64,000 bases of DNA from Batkoa obscura (taxonomy: Eukaryota), in assembly GCA_030770535.1 (NCBI GenBank), contig JASVEC010000018.1:310001-374000 (forward strand), given 5' to 3'. Positions 48,454 through 60,366 of the stretch are shown here, in pieces. Numbering within the stretch: position 1 is the stretch's first letter; every line of letters begins with the position of its first letter. The translations under genes and the position numbers were made by a program. Under the pieces are notes generated by a model. That model searched no databases, was not told the DNA's origin, and was given only the letters and a program-made list of their open reading frames with translations.

Positions 48454-49902
48454 CTAATTTTTGTTTAACAACTCACTTACATTTTCAACTGATCCTTCTG
48501 GCTGATCTTTTGGTAACAAAGTATTGGGTTTGAAAATATTCCCTTTAAGCATACAACAATTTTCGCATGCAGAAATATAACTTTTTGCATGTTTGAAGTA
48601 ACCATCACAATGCTGAATATCCCCAACTTTATCCTGAACTTCTAATATACTTCTAATAATATCTGAATTTTCATCGTATGGTAGGTCATTAATTCCAGCT
48701 TTTAATGCATTAAAAAACAATTCAATTGGGCTCAAAAACACAGAATATTCGGGTAAAGTTAATATATATGAATTAGAGGACTTAATCGATTTTTTTAGAG
48801 CATTAGAAACTACATGGGTATTTGCACTATTAAATACATAGACGATTTGTTTATCGCTATTTTTTGAATACAAATTATCCATGAAGTCATCAAAGTCATC
48901 TTGATTATTGTTAATAGTTTTCGTTTTATCAACTATTTTATAACTTTCAATCCCAGATTCCGACACAGCTCCAATATAGTTAACGCTCTTGGGAGTGGAC
49001 TCTGGCGTTAAGATGTATTTTTGTCCTCTGAATATACCATCTTCGCTTTCGTTGATAGTATGACGATTAAAATAAACCTCATCAATATAAATAAACTTAT
49101 ATTTCATTAATTTCTTGTATTCTTCGATAAATAATTTTCTTTTTAAGATTATTCCTTTATCATTCCACATCTTTGAAACCTGGGCTGCTTGCTTATAGGT
49201 AATATCAAGTTTATGCTTAATTCTACTTAACGTAGCTTTGGATATATCTATTTGCTTTGTTAATAAAAAATGTCTTACTTGCAATAACGTGGTATCATGG
49301 TTTCTTGATATAAAGTCATAGATGAGGCCGTTTGTTTCTTCATTTGCTTTTTTATTCTTCCCATTCTTTCTTAAATCATTAACTTCAACGCTTTCAGTCA
49401 TCTTCTGTTTAGTTCTACAAACCCTTTTATGAAAAGTATTATAACTTAGGCCTAGTATATCGGCACCAGTTCTAATTGAAATTTTTCCATCCAAAACACT
49501 TTTAAAAACTAAATCGTCACCAATCTTTTTGGTTAGTTTATTGTCCTGCTTCTCTAATTTCTTTTTACGTTTCAATATCTTTGTTTTTTCCGATCCAAAT
49601 AAATCATTAAATTCACGCATTTCTTTATTGATATCAGCTACCATTCTCTTTAATTTAGTATACTTTTCGCTAAGCTTGGGATTTGTACTCAATAGCTTCG
49701 AAGCCTCAGATTTGCTAAGAGCATCGGAGCCGTTCTCACTATATAACTTCAATCCATCAATTTTCTCTCCAGTTGAAATATCTACTCCATGAACTGGGAT
49801 GTTATGCTCACTACCTCCATCATCAAATTGGTTCTGGTCAGATACTTGGTTAGAATTCAAGATTTTGTCAATATTATTTGTAGGCTTGGTATTATCTTCC
49901 AT
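48454..49902 (-). CDS. IS630/Tc1-mariner transposase-derived protein, tandem paralog
   Basis: Same motifs (FIYIDEVYFN, VYVFNSANTH, LPEYSVFLSPIE). The ATG at 49902 aligns with the paralog start, so it is preferred over the TTG at 49947. Confidence 0.85.
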   Translation of the reverse strand: MEDNTKPTNNIDKILNSNQVSDQNQFDDGGSEHNIPVHGVDISTGEKIDGLKLYSENGSDALSKSEASKLLSTNPKLSEKYTKLKRMVADINKEMREFNDLFGSEKTKILKRKKKLEKQDNKLTKKIGDDLVFKSVLDGKISIRTGADILGLSYNTFHKRVCRTKQKMTESVEVNDLRKNGKNKKANEETNGLIYDFISRNHDTTLLQVRHFLLTKQIDISKATLSRIKHKLDITYKQAAQVSKMWNDKGIILKRKLFIEEYKKLMKYKFIYIDEVYFNRHTINESEDGIFRGQKYILTPESTPKSVNYIGAVSESGIESYKIVDKTKTINNNQDDFDDFMDNLYSKNSDKQIVYVFNSANTHVVSNALKKSIKSSNSYILTLPEYSVFLSPIELFFNALKAGINDLPYDENSDIIRSILEVQDKVGDIQHCDGYFKHAKSYISACENCCMLKGNIFKPNTLLPKDQPEGSVENVSELLNKN

Positions 49903-49970
49903 TATGAAATTTTCATAAATAAAAAGATTGTCATTTATTTTTCTCAAACAACTTTTGAATCAACAAAAAC

Positions 49971-50015
49971 CTATTTAAATTACGTAACCATCGCATTTAA
50001 ATGAAACAGCTGATA
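49971..50015. promoter_or_regulatory. Conserved upstream motif of transposase-like gene 2
   Basis: ctatttaaattacgtaaccatcgcatttaaatgaa, matching 45266..45300. Confidence 0.6.
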
Positions 50016-50028
50016 AATTGTAAATATT

Positions 50029-50126
50029 TGGGGATATTTTTTCTACTTAAAAAGTTTACTAACAAATTATCTAACTTCATTTTATTAAAAAGTGGACAAA
50101 GATATACAATAAAAAAAGCGCTCTCA
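50029..50126 (+). mobile_element. MITE family copy (strongly diverged)
   Basis: tggggatatttt...tttactaacaaatt...aaaaaaagcgctctca. Confidence 0.5.
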
Positions 50127-50735
50127 TTTCCTTTACATTGATGAAAATTTTCAGATTAAAACTTTAAAATGATATATAAAATTGACAAATTGCCCTTATT
50201 TATTATAAAAAACTATATAAATTGTCATAAAAAGACATAATTTATTAAAGTTATAAATTTTTTATTCAGCTTTAGTACCACTATTTTTAAAAAAACTGCG
50301 AAGTCTTTTGTAAAGGCGTCTAAAGCTTTTATAAGCATCTAAGGTGATATGATTTAAAAGAAAAAGAATTGAGATAATGGATATTAACAAACATGTTAAA
50401 ATTACTTTTTATTAACCTTGGTTTTTGTATTAATAACATTAAAAATTTTAATTTTAATGCTAAACAAAATGGTCAAAATGAGCCTTTTCAAGCTTCTAAA
50501 ATTCAAATTTTGTCCTTATATTAAAGACTTATATAAAAATTAATATAAAAGTTACTTACCTTGCTTATCATTTAAATATATATGTCGATTTTTAAAAAAA
50601 TTTGCTATATGAGTTATTTTTTATTTGATTTAATAAAGTAAATAAATAAATTTTAAAAGTTATACTGAATAGCTTTATAATAAAACTATCTTTGTAAAAG
50701 TAAAATGAAATGATAGGAATTAAATAAAAATATTT

Positions 50736-50822
50736 TGGGATATTTTTTTGGCTTCATTACTTTTTCCCTTCTTTAAGCCCTATTTGACCAAAAAGATTAT
50801 TAATAAAATTCTTAAAATACAT
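50736..50822 (-). mobile_element. MITE family copy (truncated)
   Basis: Matches consensus. Confidence 0.7.
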
Positions 50823-50981
50823 TGTTTATTAACTGTAAGAATTAAGCTAAAATGCTATTTATTAAAGCATATTTGTAATACCTGATTAAAAATTTTAATA
50901 TGACCAGATTAAATCAGTATACGCAAATTTATAAAGGCAAATATTTGTATTAAAATAATAAAGCTTTGATTTAATAATATA

Positions 50982-51076
50982 TAGGGATGTATTTTTTTAA
51001 GAATTTTACTAACAATCTTTGGACTCAAATAGCGCTTAAAAAAACGGAAAGTAATGAAACTAAAAAAACATCCCCG
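50982..51076 (+). mobile_element. ~100-bp MITE family copy
   Basis: TA|TAGGGATG...CATCCCCG|TA. Confidence 0.85.
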
Positions 51077-51647
51077 TATATTAGAGGAGGTTTTGAAATA
51101 TATATTAATATTTTTTCCAATTGAAAATTATTACTAAAGCATTTCAGTATTAAGTTTTTTAATTAAAAATCAAATACACATATCGGCAAGATTTTTTTAT
51201 ACCTTTTGCTAAAAGTCAATAATATTGCATTTTTATAATGTTATAATATAAGATTTAAAAATAGTAAGTTGAAAATCATCTTAAATTATCTCCACAAATT
51301 TTATAATTGTCTGTGCTCTCTTTACTAAGATCTATTATTTTGAAAATACCCCCGTATAAACCATAAACACCTCATAAAATGATGTTTAATTTTAAGTCCT
51401 TCTGACGAAACTTATAAAGTCTATTATTCATTATAAATTGCTATTTCTGTAATCGACTACTATTTAAACTCATTAAATTTATTAATCAATTATATAAAGT
51501 TCATAAAACTAAACTGTAATTTCTACAACAACAATTTATTACAAGACGTAGGAGAAGATAAAACTTAACTTATTTAAAAACAGGATAAGATTTGGAATTA
51601 AATAAATAGCATGCAAAAAGATCTAAAATTCGATTCCTTATCCCTTT

Positions 51648-52636
51648 TTAGAGATCAAAGATTTCTGGTAAAATTTCTGGAAGTTCTAAAATAGAAGATA
51701 TAGCTAAATGATCCCCATCTTGTTTAGGATTGTTCTTTCCTGTGACGAGGATGGTGGTCCAGCCTAATTGTTTGGCTGCATCTAAATTTTTCTTTGAATC
51801 ATCTGCAAAGAAACATAATGTTGGGAAATTGACTCTGGCTTCTTTCATCGCTTTTTCATATGCTGGAAGTTCTGGTTTACATGCAAAGTTGGGCTCAGTG
51901 TAATCGCAGTAAGTTACGCCTTCAAATAAATCTTCTATGCCTAAAATACGGAGTACTCTTTCAGCATGCTAAGGTTATGAATGGGTTAATGTATGTTTTT
52001 GTTAATAAAAAATAAAACTTACAATTTTATTAGCATTGGTAAAAGCCCAGCGTCTCATTTTGATTTTTAAAAGCATGTTCCTTAAATTTGGATCATATTT
52101 AAGTAAAGATTCAAGAGGTAAAGATTGGTCAACGTTTTCATCTAAGGAATTTGTCAATATTAAAGTAAAATAAACAAATAAAAGTATGTACCATAATGAA
52201 CTGGATCAATATCTAAAAGAGTTAAATTTTAGTTTGATTATTTAAATAAAAGCATATTAAACTTACCATGATGTTTAATAAAACCACGGATAGCAAGTCC
52301 ATATTCACGATAATAAGAATAAGAAATTTGTTCTACTTTGTCTTTTGGGAGTCCAATGAATTCGCCATATTGGGCTATCCTAAAAATTAATATAAATAAA
52401 AGCTCTATTATAGTACATCACAAATGTGAAGTATTTTAATGATCAATAGGAAGTACTTACTTTTTAGACATGATATCCGAAATACCAGAACTAATATCAT
52501 AAAGACAGTTATCAATATCAAAGAAAAAGATGGCATTATTATTTTTTAACCCAGTAGATAGAAATGGTACAGTTAAATTAGAATTAATAGTGCAAGCAGC
52601 AGCTGTAGTATTGATGAGATCAGAGGTAGTAAGCAT
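51648..52636 (-). CDS. HAD-family pyrimidine 5'-nucleotidase (Sdt1/Phm8-like), multi-exon
   Basis: FFFDIDNCLY, YGLAIRGFIKH, WAFTNA, CKPE, FFADDS; several short introns including a ~21-nt microexon. Confidence 0.9.
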
Positions 52637-53698
52637 AGTTGCGATAAATTAAAGTATAAAATAAAAACAGAAAAGATATAAAATAGAAATAAAATTGATG
52701 GATATAAAAAATAGGAAAAAGCAAATAAGTGTATTTCTCATCCTTTATATACTTTTTTTTCCCAAATTTATTAATAATAGTTGATATTAGTCACCCCCTT
52801 ACCTGTCCCCAAACAGCCTAAAATTTAATACTGGATTTAAGTTCCATTTTTAAATGAAATTATCCTTTTCAAAAATAAACTTAGAAGTTTATTTTATTAA
52901 AATTAAACCAATCAGACTGTTTATTTAGCACCACGTTGATTTCATCGTTCTAAATTTGATCCTTTTTTACTAATCATCCGTTGTAAAATCCAAGCAATGA
53001 CATCATGTGTGAAAAAAGAGTGACTGTTTTTTTATATCAATATCGAAAATTATTTCCGTAGTTAAAGAATATTAAAGTTGTATAAACATAAAGTTGTGTC
53101 TTTTTTCCGGTTCATTTTACTTGATTATAAACATTTAATAGTTTATCCTAAATAAATTAATTGAATTAAATAATGAATTAAGCTTATTTTAATGTTTATT
53201 CTAGCTTAATATTAAATTTATAAACTATTAATTTATTGTTGCATATAATAATCCTTATTCAAAAGCTTAAGCTTTTTTAATTGCTTAAACCTCATCCTTT
53301 TATTTTTCAAGTCAAAATTCTAGATCATTTCTATTAAGTTTTATATAAACAACCATTTAAATATTATGGCTAATATATTACTATAAGTTTTATTTAGTAA
53401 TAAATTAAAACTTAATTTATTGAAAAAGAGGGTCTAATTATAGTTAACAAATGTATCAAAAATATAAAATTGATTTTATTAAAAAAATGAAAAATAGTTT
53501 TATATTTAATTTATTTCATAATACATATATAAACAAATTTATTGATTATCATAAATTAATTTCATTATTAAAATTATAAAAAGCAATTGTTTTATTAAAG
53601 GCATATTAGCCGCAGATCTTATTATTTATAAGCATAGCTTAAATACTATACTCTAAAGTCAATTATAAATAATAATTATTTAAAAACAATTGAATCAA

Positions 53699-54115
53699 TT
53701 ACTTTTTAATAAAATAACATACAAGCACTAAAGTATCATTTACATTGTTATGCTTAAGTTTGCCAACTATTTTAAAAGTTCCCATTTCATCTTTTACTAA
53801 GTTATTCCAATCAAACTCCATCTGTTGATACTCTGCTATTAGATAATCCACTCTTTTTGTAGATTCTTGATCATATATTAAAAACTTAATATAACCCTCT
53901 TTTCTAATTAATACTTCAATTTTAGCTAATAGATTATAAATATAAGCAATACATCAATCAATGATATATAGATTACCATGAATCATTATAGCAATGATAT
54001 TTTCCTTATAAAAATAATGCTCGATTAATGGTGTTTGTAGCTTAAGTTGTAGTATTTGATGGATTGTATTGAATTTTTTGAGTTTGGCATCTCCAAAGTT
54101 CGAAAATTTGAGCAT
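53699..54115 (-). CDS. Small two-exon hypothetical protein (121 aa), possible OB fold
   Basis: ATG at 54115; 139-nt exon, 51-nt GT-AG intron at 53926..53976, then a 227-nt exon in frame to TAA. Confidence 0.6.
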
Positions 54116-55026
54116 TTTATAAAAATAGATGAATGAACTATTTAGTTTATAAACATAATGTTACAATGCATTTTAACAACCTTTTAATTTAATATAATGT
54201 AATATGTTAATAGTAGTATGTTTATGCAATTAACATAAATGCATTAAAAACATTGCTGCATTTTATAAAATAACATGATGTTTTTATATTGTAAAATAAA
54301 ATAAAATTACATGTGTAATTCTAGTGATGATAGCTATAACAATAAAGCGAACTTATTATATTTTTTATTTTTATCATGTTCCTTTATCATTTTTTAAATA
54401 TTTTGTCCCATTTTTGTATAAATTTAATTTTTATAAAATATAAAGCAGATCTTTAGTGTTAGTTTATATAGAAAATTAAACTAAAAGTATTAATATATTC
54501 TAATGAAGAGTATACTGGAAAAAGAAGGAATTATTTAAAGACGAAAAAAATAAAAGTTGATCTATTTAGAATGGGAGTAAAGAAATGCTCTTTAAACAAT
54601 AGATCTTTTGAAATGCCCCAAGGTCATTAAGTATAAAGTTGAAGAAGGTTGTTTTATAACCGACTTCTTTCATTTGAGGGAAGAGCGAAGAAGATAACAG
54701 AAGTAGAATATGGCAATACTTTTTTGTATGAGGCAGTTATAAAGAAAGTTAGAATCTACAATAGAAATAAAATGACTAAATTTTTAGTATTTCAAAAATC
54801 ACTGTTCATTCAGCATTTATTGACTTGATAATAAATAAACAGAAATGAGAGATATGGTTAGAAACCTAAAATTACTACAAACTAAAGGTTATATGTTTAT
54901 TAAATCTTTGTTATCTTCCTTTTTTTAAAAGTACGTTATTTTCAATAATAAAATAAATAGACGTAGAATGAAAAATAATAAGAATGTCGTCTTTTTCATA
55001 CTCATTGCCCATTTTTAGCGCAATAG

Positions 55027-55112
55027 TAGAGATGTTTTTTTTCACTTTCTCCATTTTAGGTACTATTTGAACAAAAGCTTATTAGCAAGATTCTTAAAAA
55101 GATATATCCCCA
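55027..55112 (-). mobile_element. MITE family copy (degraded)
   Basis: Partial consensus match. Confidence 0.55.
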
Positions 55113-55340
55113 AATTTTGAAAAAATTTTCGGCAAATATTCTTTGATAAAAAAACATATCTGTAAAAAATTCATTACTATTTTATATTTCAAATAATGAT
55201 TTTATTTTATATAAAAATTAATATACCAAAAAATAATAATAGATATATAAAGTACTTCATTTGTTTATATGGAACGCTGTTAAAAAATTATTTATTTAAC
55301 TTAAAGAACACACACTAAACTTACAACTTTAATCAATATA

Positions 55341-55435
55341 TGGGGATGTTTTTTTCATCACTTTTTCCATCTTTTAAGCGCTATTTGAGTGGAAAAACTG
55401 TTAGTAAAATTCTTAAACACAAAAAAACATCCTCA
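55341..55435 (-). mobile_element. ~100-bp MITE family copy
   Basis: TA|TGGGGATG...CATCCTCA. Confidence 0.85.
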
Positions 55436-55737
55436 TGTCATCATCATTTAATAACACAGAGTCCTTTTTTATAACAAGTTTAGTATTACTGTTTATAAAT
55501 CACAATATAAGGTAATAGTATAGCTATATTATGACACAAACAAATGCAAGTAAACAATATATATATCAAATCACTTAACTTATTTAACTACTTATTTTAA
55601 TATATTTTAATTCAAGGAGTGTAGTTTCCTTTTATACAAAAACTAAGATACAAAATCAAGCCATATAAAATAATCTATATTGCTAAAACGATAAAAGAAT
55701 AAAAAAGTTGAAAAAAAGTGTAAATAAACAATAGGAA

Positions 55738-56467
55738 TCATTCATTTTTATCTTCACGATCCAATTGATTTAAAAGGCCATCTAATTTAGCATGAAAATG
55801 GGATTGAGATAATTTACCTTGATCATCAAAAAAAGTAGCAAAATTCCAAGTTTCAGTTACTTTTTTGAATTTTGGTTGTTCTGGTAAAGAATCTGGAAAC
55901 TCATAAACGAAGGATACTTCATAAAGTGGTTGGCCTCCTGCATCTACTTTATGATGAGATTTGAAGGCATATTCTCCCTAAAAAATGATAAAAAAGATTT
56001 TAATTAAGTTATTATTAAATACGTATTCTTTTAAATTACCTCTTTCCCAGGTTTTTTACCAAGATATACTGTTTTCCCTTGCATAAAATAAGTCCATAAA
56101 AACATAAATCCAGAAATTATAAAATAGCTAGTTAATCCCTATTACTATCTTGTAAATCTAAAAACAAATAAAAACTTACGAGCTACTTGAAAACAAGGAT
56201 ACATAACGAACTGTTTTAAACTCTTTCTTATAAGTTAATAAAAAATCAGCCAATGCTATAATGGCTCCAAGGTATCCAAATATTAACTTCATATCAACAA
56301 ACATATGATTCTCAACCCATCCTTTAGAGGTATAATACTATAATTCTATGTTTAATTGAGTGACTTTCTTTACATTATTAAATTACTCTTGCTACTTCTT
56401 CATCAGCTGCCACCTTAAGATCCAATAGATTATATTTTTCGACTGGCTTAATTTCTATATCACTCAT
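55738..56467 (-). CDS. SPC2: Signal peptidase complex subunit 2 (SPC25 family), 4 exons
   Basis: YNLLDLKVAADEEV, GWVENHMFVDMKLIFGY, two TM segments, FATFFDDQGKL. Confidence 0.85.
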
Positions 56468-56691
56468 CAATTCATCATTCTTATATTATTATTAATATAG
56501 TTATTTATTTTACCTTCCATCTTTAATAATAATTTAACAAAAGTTCTCTTTTTCTCAACTTATTTATCTTCTACATCACTAAAATCCATGAATCTCATTT
56601 GTTAAAATTTCCAACAAATTAAAAATAGCAATCCAATTTATTTCATTTACAGTTTTTAAAAAATAGCAATTTTCAAACATCAATCCTTAAT

Positions 56692-57710
56692 ATGGAAGCA
56701 ATAAGAAAGAACTTGCCATCCCGTAACACATCGATTTTTTTCAGTATTGTATTTGGTCTGATAGCTTTAAAACAATATGATAAAAGAGAATGTATTAATC
56801 AACGTCAATCACTTTCTTCAGTAGTAAATTATTTAGCTGAAAGGCCATTAGAGTATAACCAATCACCTGACAAATATGTTATCTTTTTACATTCACCTGA
56901 GAATGAATTAGACGCTTATTATAAAGCTAAAGAATATTTTAATAGTTATATAAAAGTAAGTTTTTTTTGAAATTCATACTATAATTTAGTTTAATAATAT
57001 ATATAATCTATTAGCCAGTATGGGATGCGGCAGCTATTGATTATGATATTGTCATGGAAAAAGATGGTGGTGAGATCCAGAGATATGTTTATGAAGAAAT
57101 TAAAAAGATGCGATTACAACCAAATGGAGTCAATTTAATCGATAAAGAAGGCTCGCCTATCCTTGGTTGGGTAGCACTTGGTAAAGAAGCATTTGGTAAG
57201 TTATTATCAGGAATACATGATGGAGCTAGCGTATTTGATCCAAACATTGAAATTGGTAGAATCGAAGAAGAAGAAGTACAAACTTTAGACCAACTTGAAG
57301 AAAAAAAAGAAAAAAAAGTAGAAAAACCAAAAGTTATACCAGCTCAACAGATTACTAGCTTACTTACTAAAGACACACCAAGGAAAGATATTGAAGTACC
57401 AAATACATTACCTAGTTTAGGTTACATTCGTTTTCATCATTATATCGGGTTTACAAGTACTCCTTTGAGAATTTTTGAATGGTTTATGGATCGTAAATAT
57501 GTCAAAGATATTGGTCAAGAAGCTACTGTTCCTTTAATTGGTAATGTTAAACAACTAAATTTACCAGGAGATTATTTCGAGTATTCAAAGAGAGATTTGA
57601 GAAGTAAAAAAATACCCCAAATTAAAAAAGAAGACTTGGAGTTCGTTAAGGAATTAGATGGAAAAGTTAATATATATTGTAACGATGAAGCTAAAGCTGA
57701 GCAAAATTAA
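56692..57710 (+). CDS. TIM54: Mitochondrial inner membrane translocase subunit Tim54, 2 exons
   Basis: LPSRNTSIFF, YDKRE, YIK|PVWDAAAIDY across intron 56956..57014, IGFTSTPLRIF. Confidence 0.85.
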
Positions 57711-58255
57711 AATAGATTAGAAGTTGATTAAGAAGGTTTATCATATTTTATTTTATTTTTAATTGGGTCTGTATTGTACATAGGTAGCTTTTTATTTTAT
57801 TATTACTTTATTTATACAATCAAGAGTTAGAGTATTTTGATTTAATTATAGTTTATTTTAATAGTAAATTATATTAAAATGAATTTAAATATAATTATAC
57901 GATTCTAAAAGCAATAATTTTTTCAACTAATTATATTTTTAATTATAAGCTCAATTTCTATTTATCAAACATACAAAGCAATACTAGTAATTAAAATTTT
58001 CCTGTTTTTTATTGTTTCATATAATACAATATTGATAAACAAGTATCCAACTTTATTTATTGAATATGATTATCATTAAAAGAGCTCATCTTTTCAATTA
58101 TAGTATCACCTTATCTTTTATAGCACTAAAATCCATGGATTCCATTTGGTAAATTAAATCAAAAATTTTAATAATGATTCAATTTATTTTATTAGCCATT
58201 TCCTTTTAAGAAATACCATTTCAAAAGTAATATATATTCTGTTCAATTTGTAACT

Positions 58256-58720
58256 ATGGAGGAAGAGATTCTAGACTTATACTATATTTTATGCTCTATG
58301 ACAGATGAATAATTTAAAATAATTCAACAAGATATATATAACAACTTGGATGAAATATTAAGGCCAGCTTTTTACTATGTAAAAGATAAATTTATCAATG
58401 CTAATTATAATGAAATATTATCAGATACGAAAAACCTTAATAATATAGAATGTCAAATAGAGTTGTATTTTTAATAGAAAATAAAAGCATAGATGAAGTT
58501 ATCATTTTAGTTAATAATGAAAGCAATATTTTGATATTTAAATCCGGACATGAAACTATGGTAGAGATAGCTTTACATATAACTACTAGTAATTTGTCTA
58601 TTGATGATATACTTGATAAAGTAAAGGATGGATGGTATTAAAAAATACATATTAACTTCAAAACTTAATCCTCCATATCAAAGCAATAAAGAAGAACCCA
58701 CAACCATCTAATATGACTAC
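58256..58720 (+). pseudogene. Degenerate ORF of unknown family behind a copy of the TIM54 upstream region
   Basis: MEEEILDLYYILCSMTDE*FKII... with stops and a frameshift into ORF 58450..58641. Confidence 0.4.
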
Positions 58721-59852
58721 ATTTTTCAGTATTATGTTCAGCCTTATAACTTTAAAACAATACCATAAAAGAGAATTTATCAATCAATAGCAATTGCTTT
58801 CTTCTGTAAACTATCTCGATAAAAGACCTTTATAAATAGTCAACCAGGTTTACCAAGAAAAAATATTGAAGTATCAACTATAATACCTAGTTTAGACTAT
58901 ATTTGTTTTCACTGTTTATTGGATTTACAAGTACTCTTTTAGAGGTTTTCGAATATTTTATGAACCTTAATAAATGACTATGGTGCTTTTATTAATTTAA
59001 AGTTATTATAAAAAATAGAGTCTCTTTTTATTTGTAAATTGTAAAGTTATCGCAATTTTTATAGGATTAAATAAAAATAGATAATATCTATACTTTTTTG
59101 TAAAATAAAACTAACAATAGTACAGTATAACAGACCTGGTCCAAGTCACAAGGATTTGAAAGCTGTTAGGAAGCTTGAGTATTTTCCAAGTGTGGTTTTA
59201 TTATTCAAGATACAAAATTTGAGCTAAGAAAATTTTAAGCAAATTGCATCCAAAACTATAATTCAACAATTGCTATTTTTAGTAATCCAGCTCAAAGCAA
59301 TTATTAAAAAAGTAAGGAATTTAACTTATAATTTTTTCGACTAACTTCATTTAAATCGAATTAACATATAAAACAATATAATGATATATGCATATATTAT
59401 TTACTTTTTTACTTTTCCTATATGACTTTTTTATATTTAATTAAAACTCCGAATATAAAGCAAGGCTATATTAATTTGATTTGTTGAATATAATCAAAAT
59501 AAATGTATGAACTTTCTACTAACATTTTCGTTTTTTAGCTTTTAGGATCTAAATAATTTGTTAATAAAATTAAATTCAGAATGTTAATTTAATGCCTGTT
59601 TAAACTCAATCACTTGAAAGGTAGACCATTCTTCAATCGAAATTAATTGACTCAGAACTTTTGAATAATTGTTTTATAAATTAGTCTATAAAATTTCAGA
59701 GTTAGGTCATGATGAAGATTGCTCAGAACTTCAAATTTCAAATAATTGGTTATTGAGTTAACTCAGCTTTTTAAGGTTTTTTCAAAACTTGATAATTTTA
59801 GTTCAAATCTGTTATAATTTAAATACTCTATAAGATTTTCCATTGTAATATA

Positions 59853-59950
59853 TGAGGATGTATTTTTGTTTAAGAATTTTACTAACAAATTTTCCGCTTA
59901 AATAGCGCTTAAAAGGTGGAAAAAGTAATGAAATCAAAAAATCATCCCCA
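59853..59950 (+). mobile_element. ~100-bp MITE family copy
   Basis: TA|TGAGGATG...CATCCCCA|TA. Confidence 0.9.
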
Positions 59951-60366
59951 TATTATAACCAGAACGCAAGTAATTAAAGTAAAAGAAGATGAATTAAAGG
60001 TCCTTCTATTATAGCACTTTATAGTAAATTGCGTAATAACTAGAACATGGACAGTTCAAAGAGCTCTTTTAATGAACATTTATTACTTAATCACTATATA
60101 AGTAACCATTACTAATTTAACAAGCAATTATTATTATCTCAATTATGTCTAATTTTACATAAAGTATACTAAATTTCTACAATTATCTAAACTCAACAAT
60201 CCAAACATAGGTTCTTAAAACTTTCCAGCATAATTGAAATTTCTGAATAATATTTACCAATCAAAATCATTGAACTAGGGTCTCAATCAATTGCACATTT
60301 TAAGCAAAACTATAAAAACAAAACAAATCACTTTCAAAACAAAATTAATAATTTTTTATAACAAAA

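Noticed and set aside
43600..50030. Active autonomous Tc1 elements or a Fanzor/TnpB system
   Set aside because: No TIRs seen, the catalytic Asp is missing, and no RuvC/zinc-finger ORF is nearby.
59600..59765. Possible degraded foldback element
   Set aside because: The arms are too diverged to support by eye.
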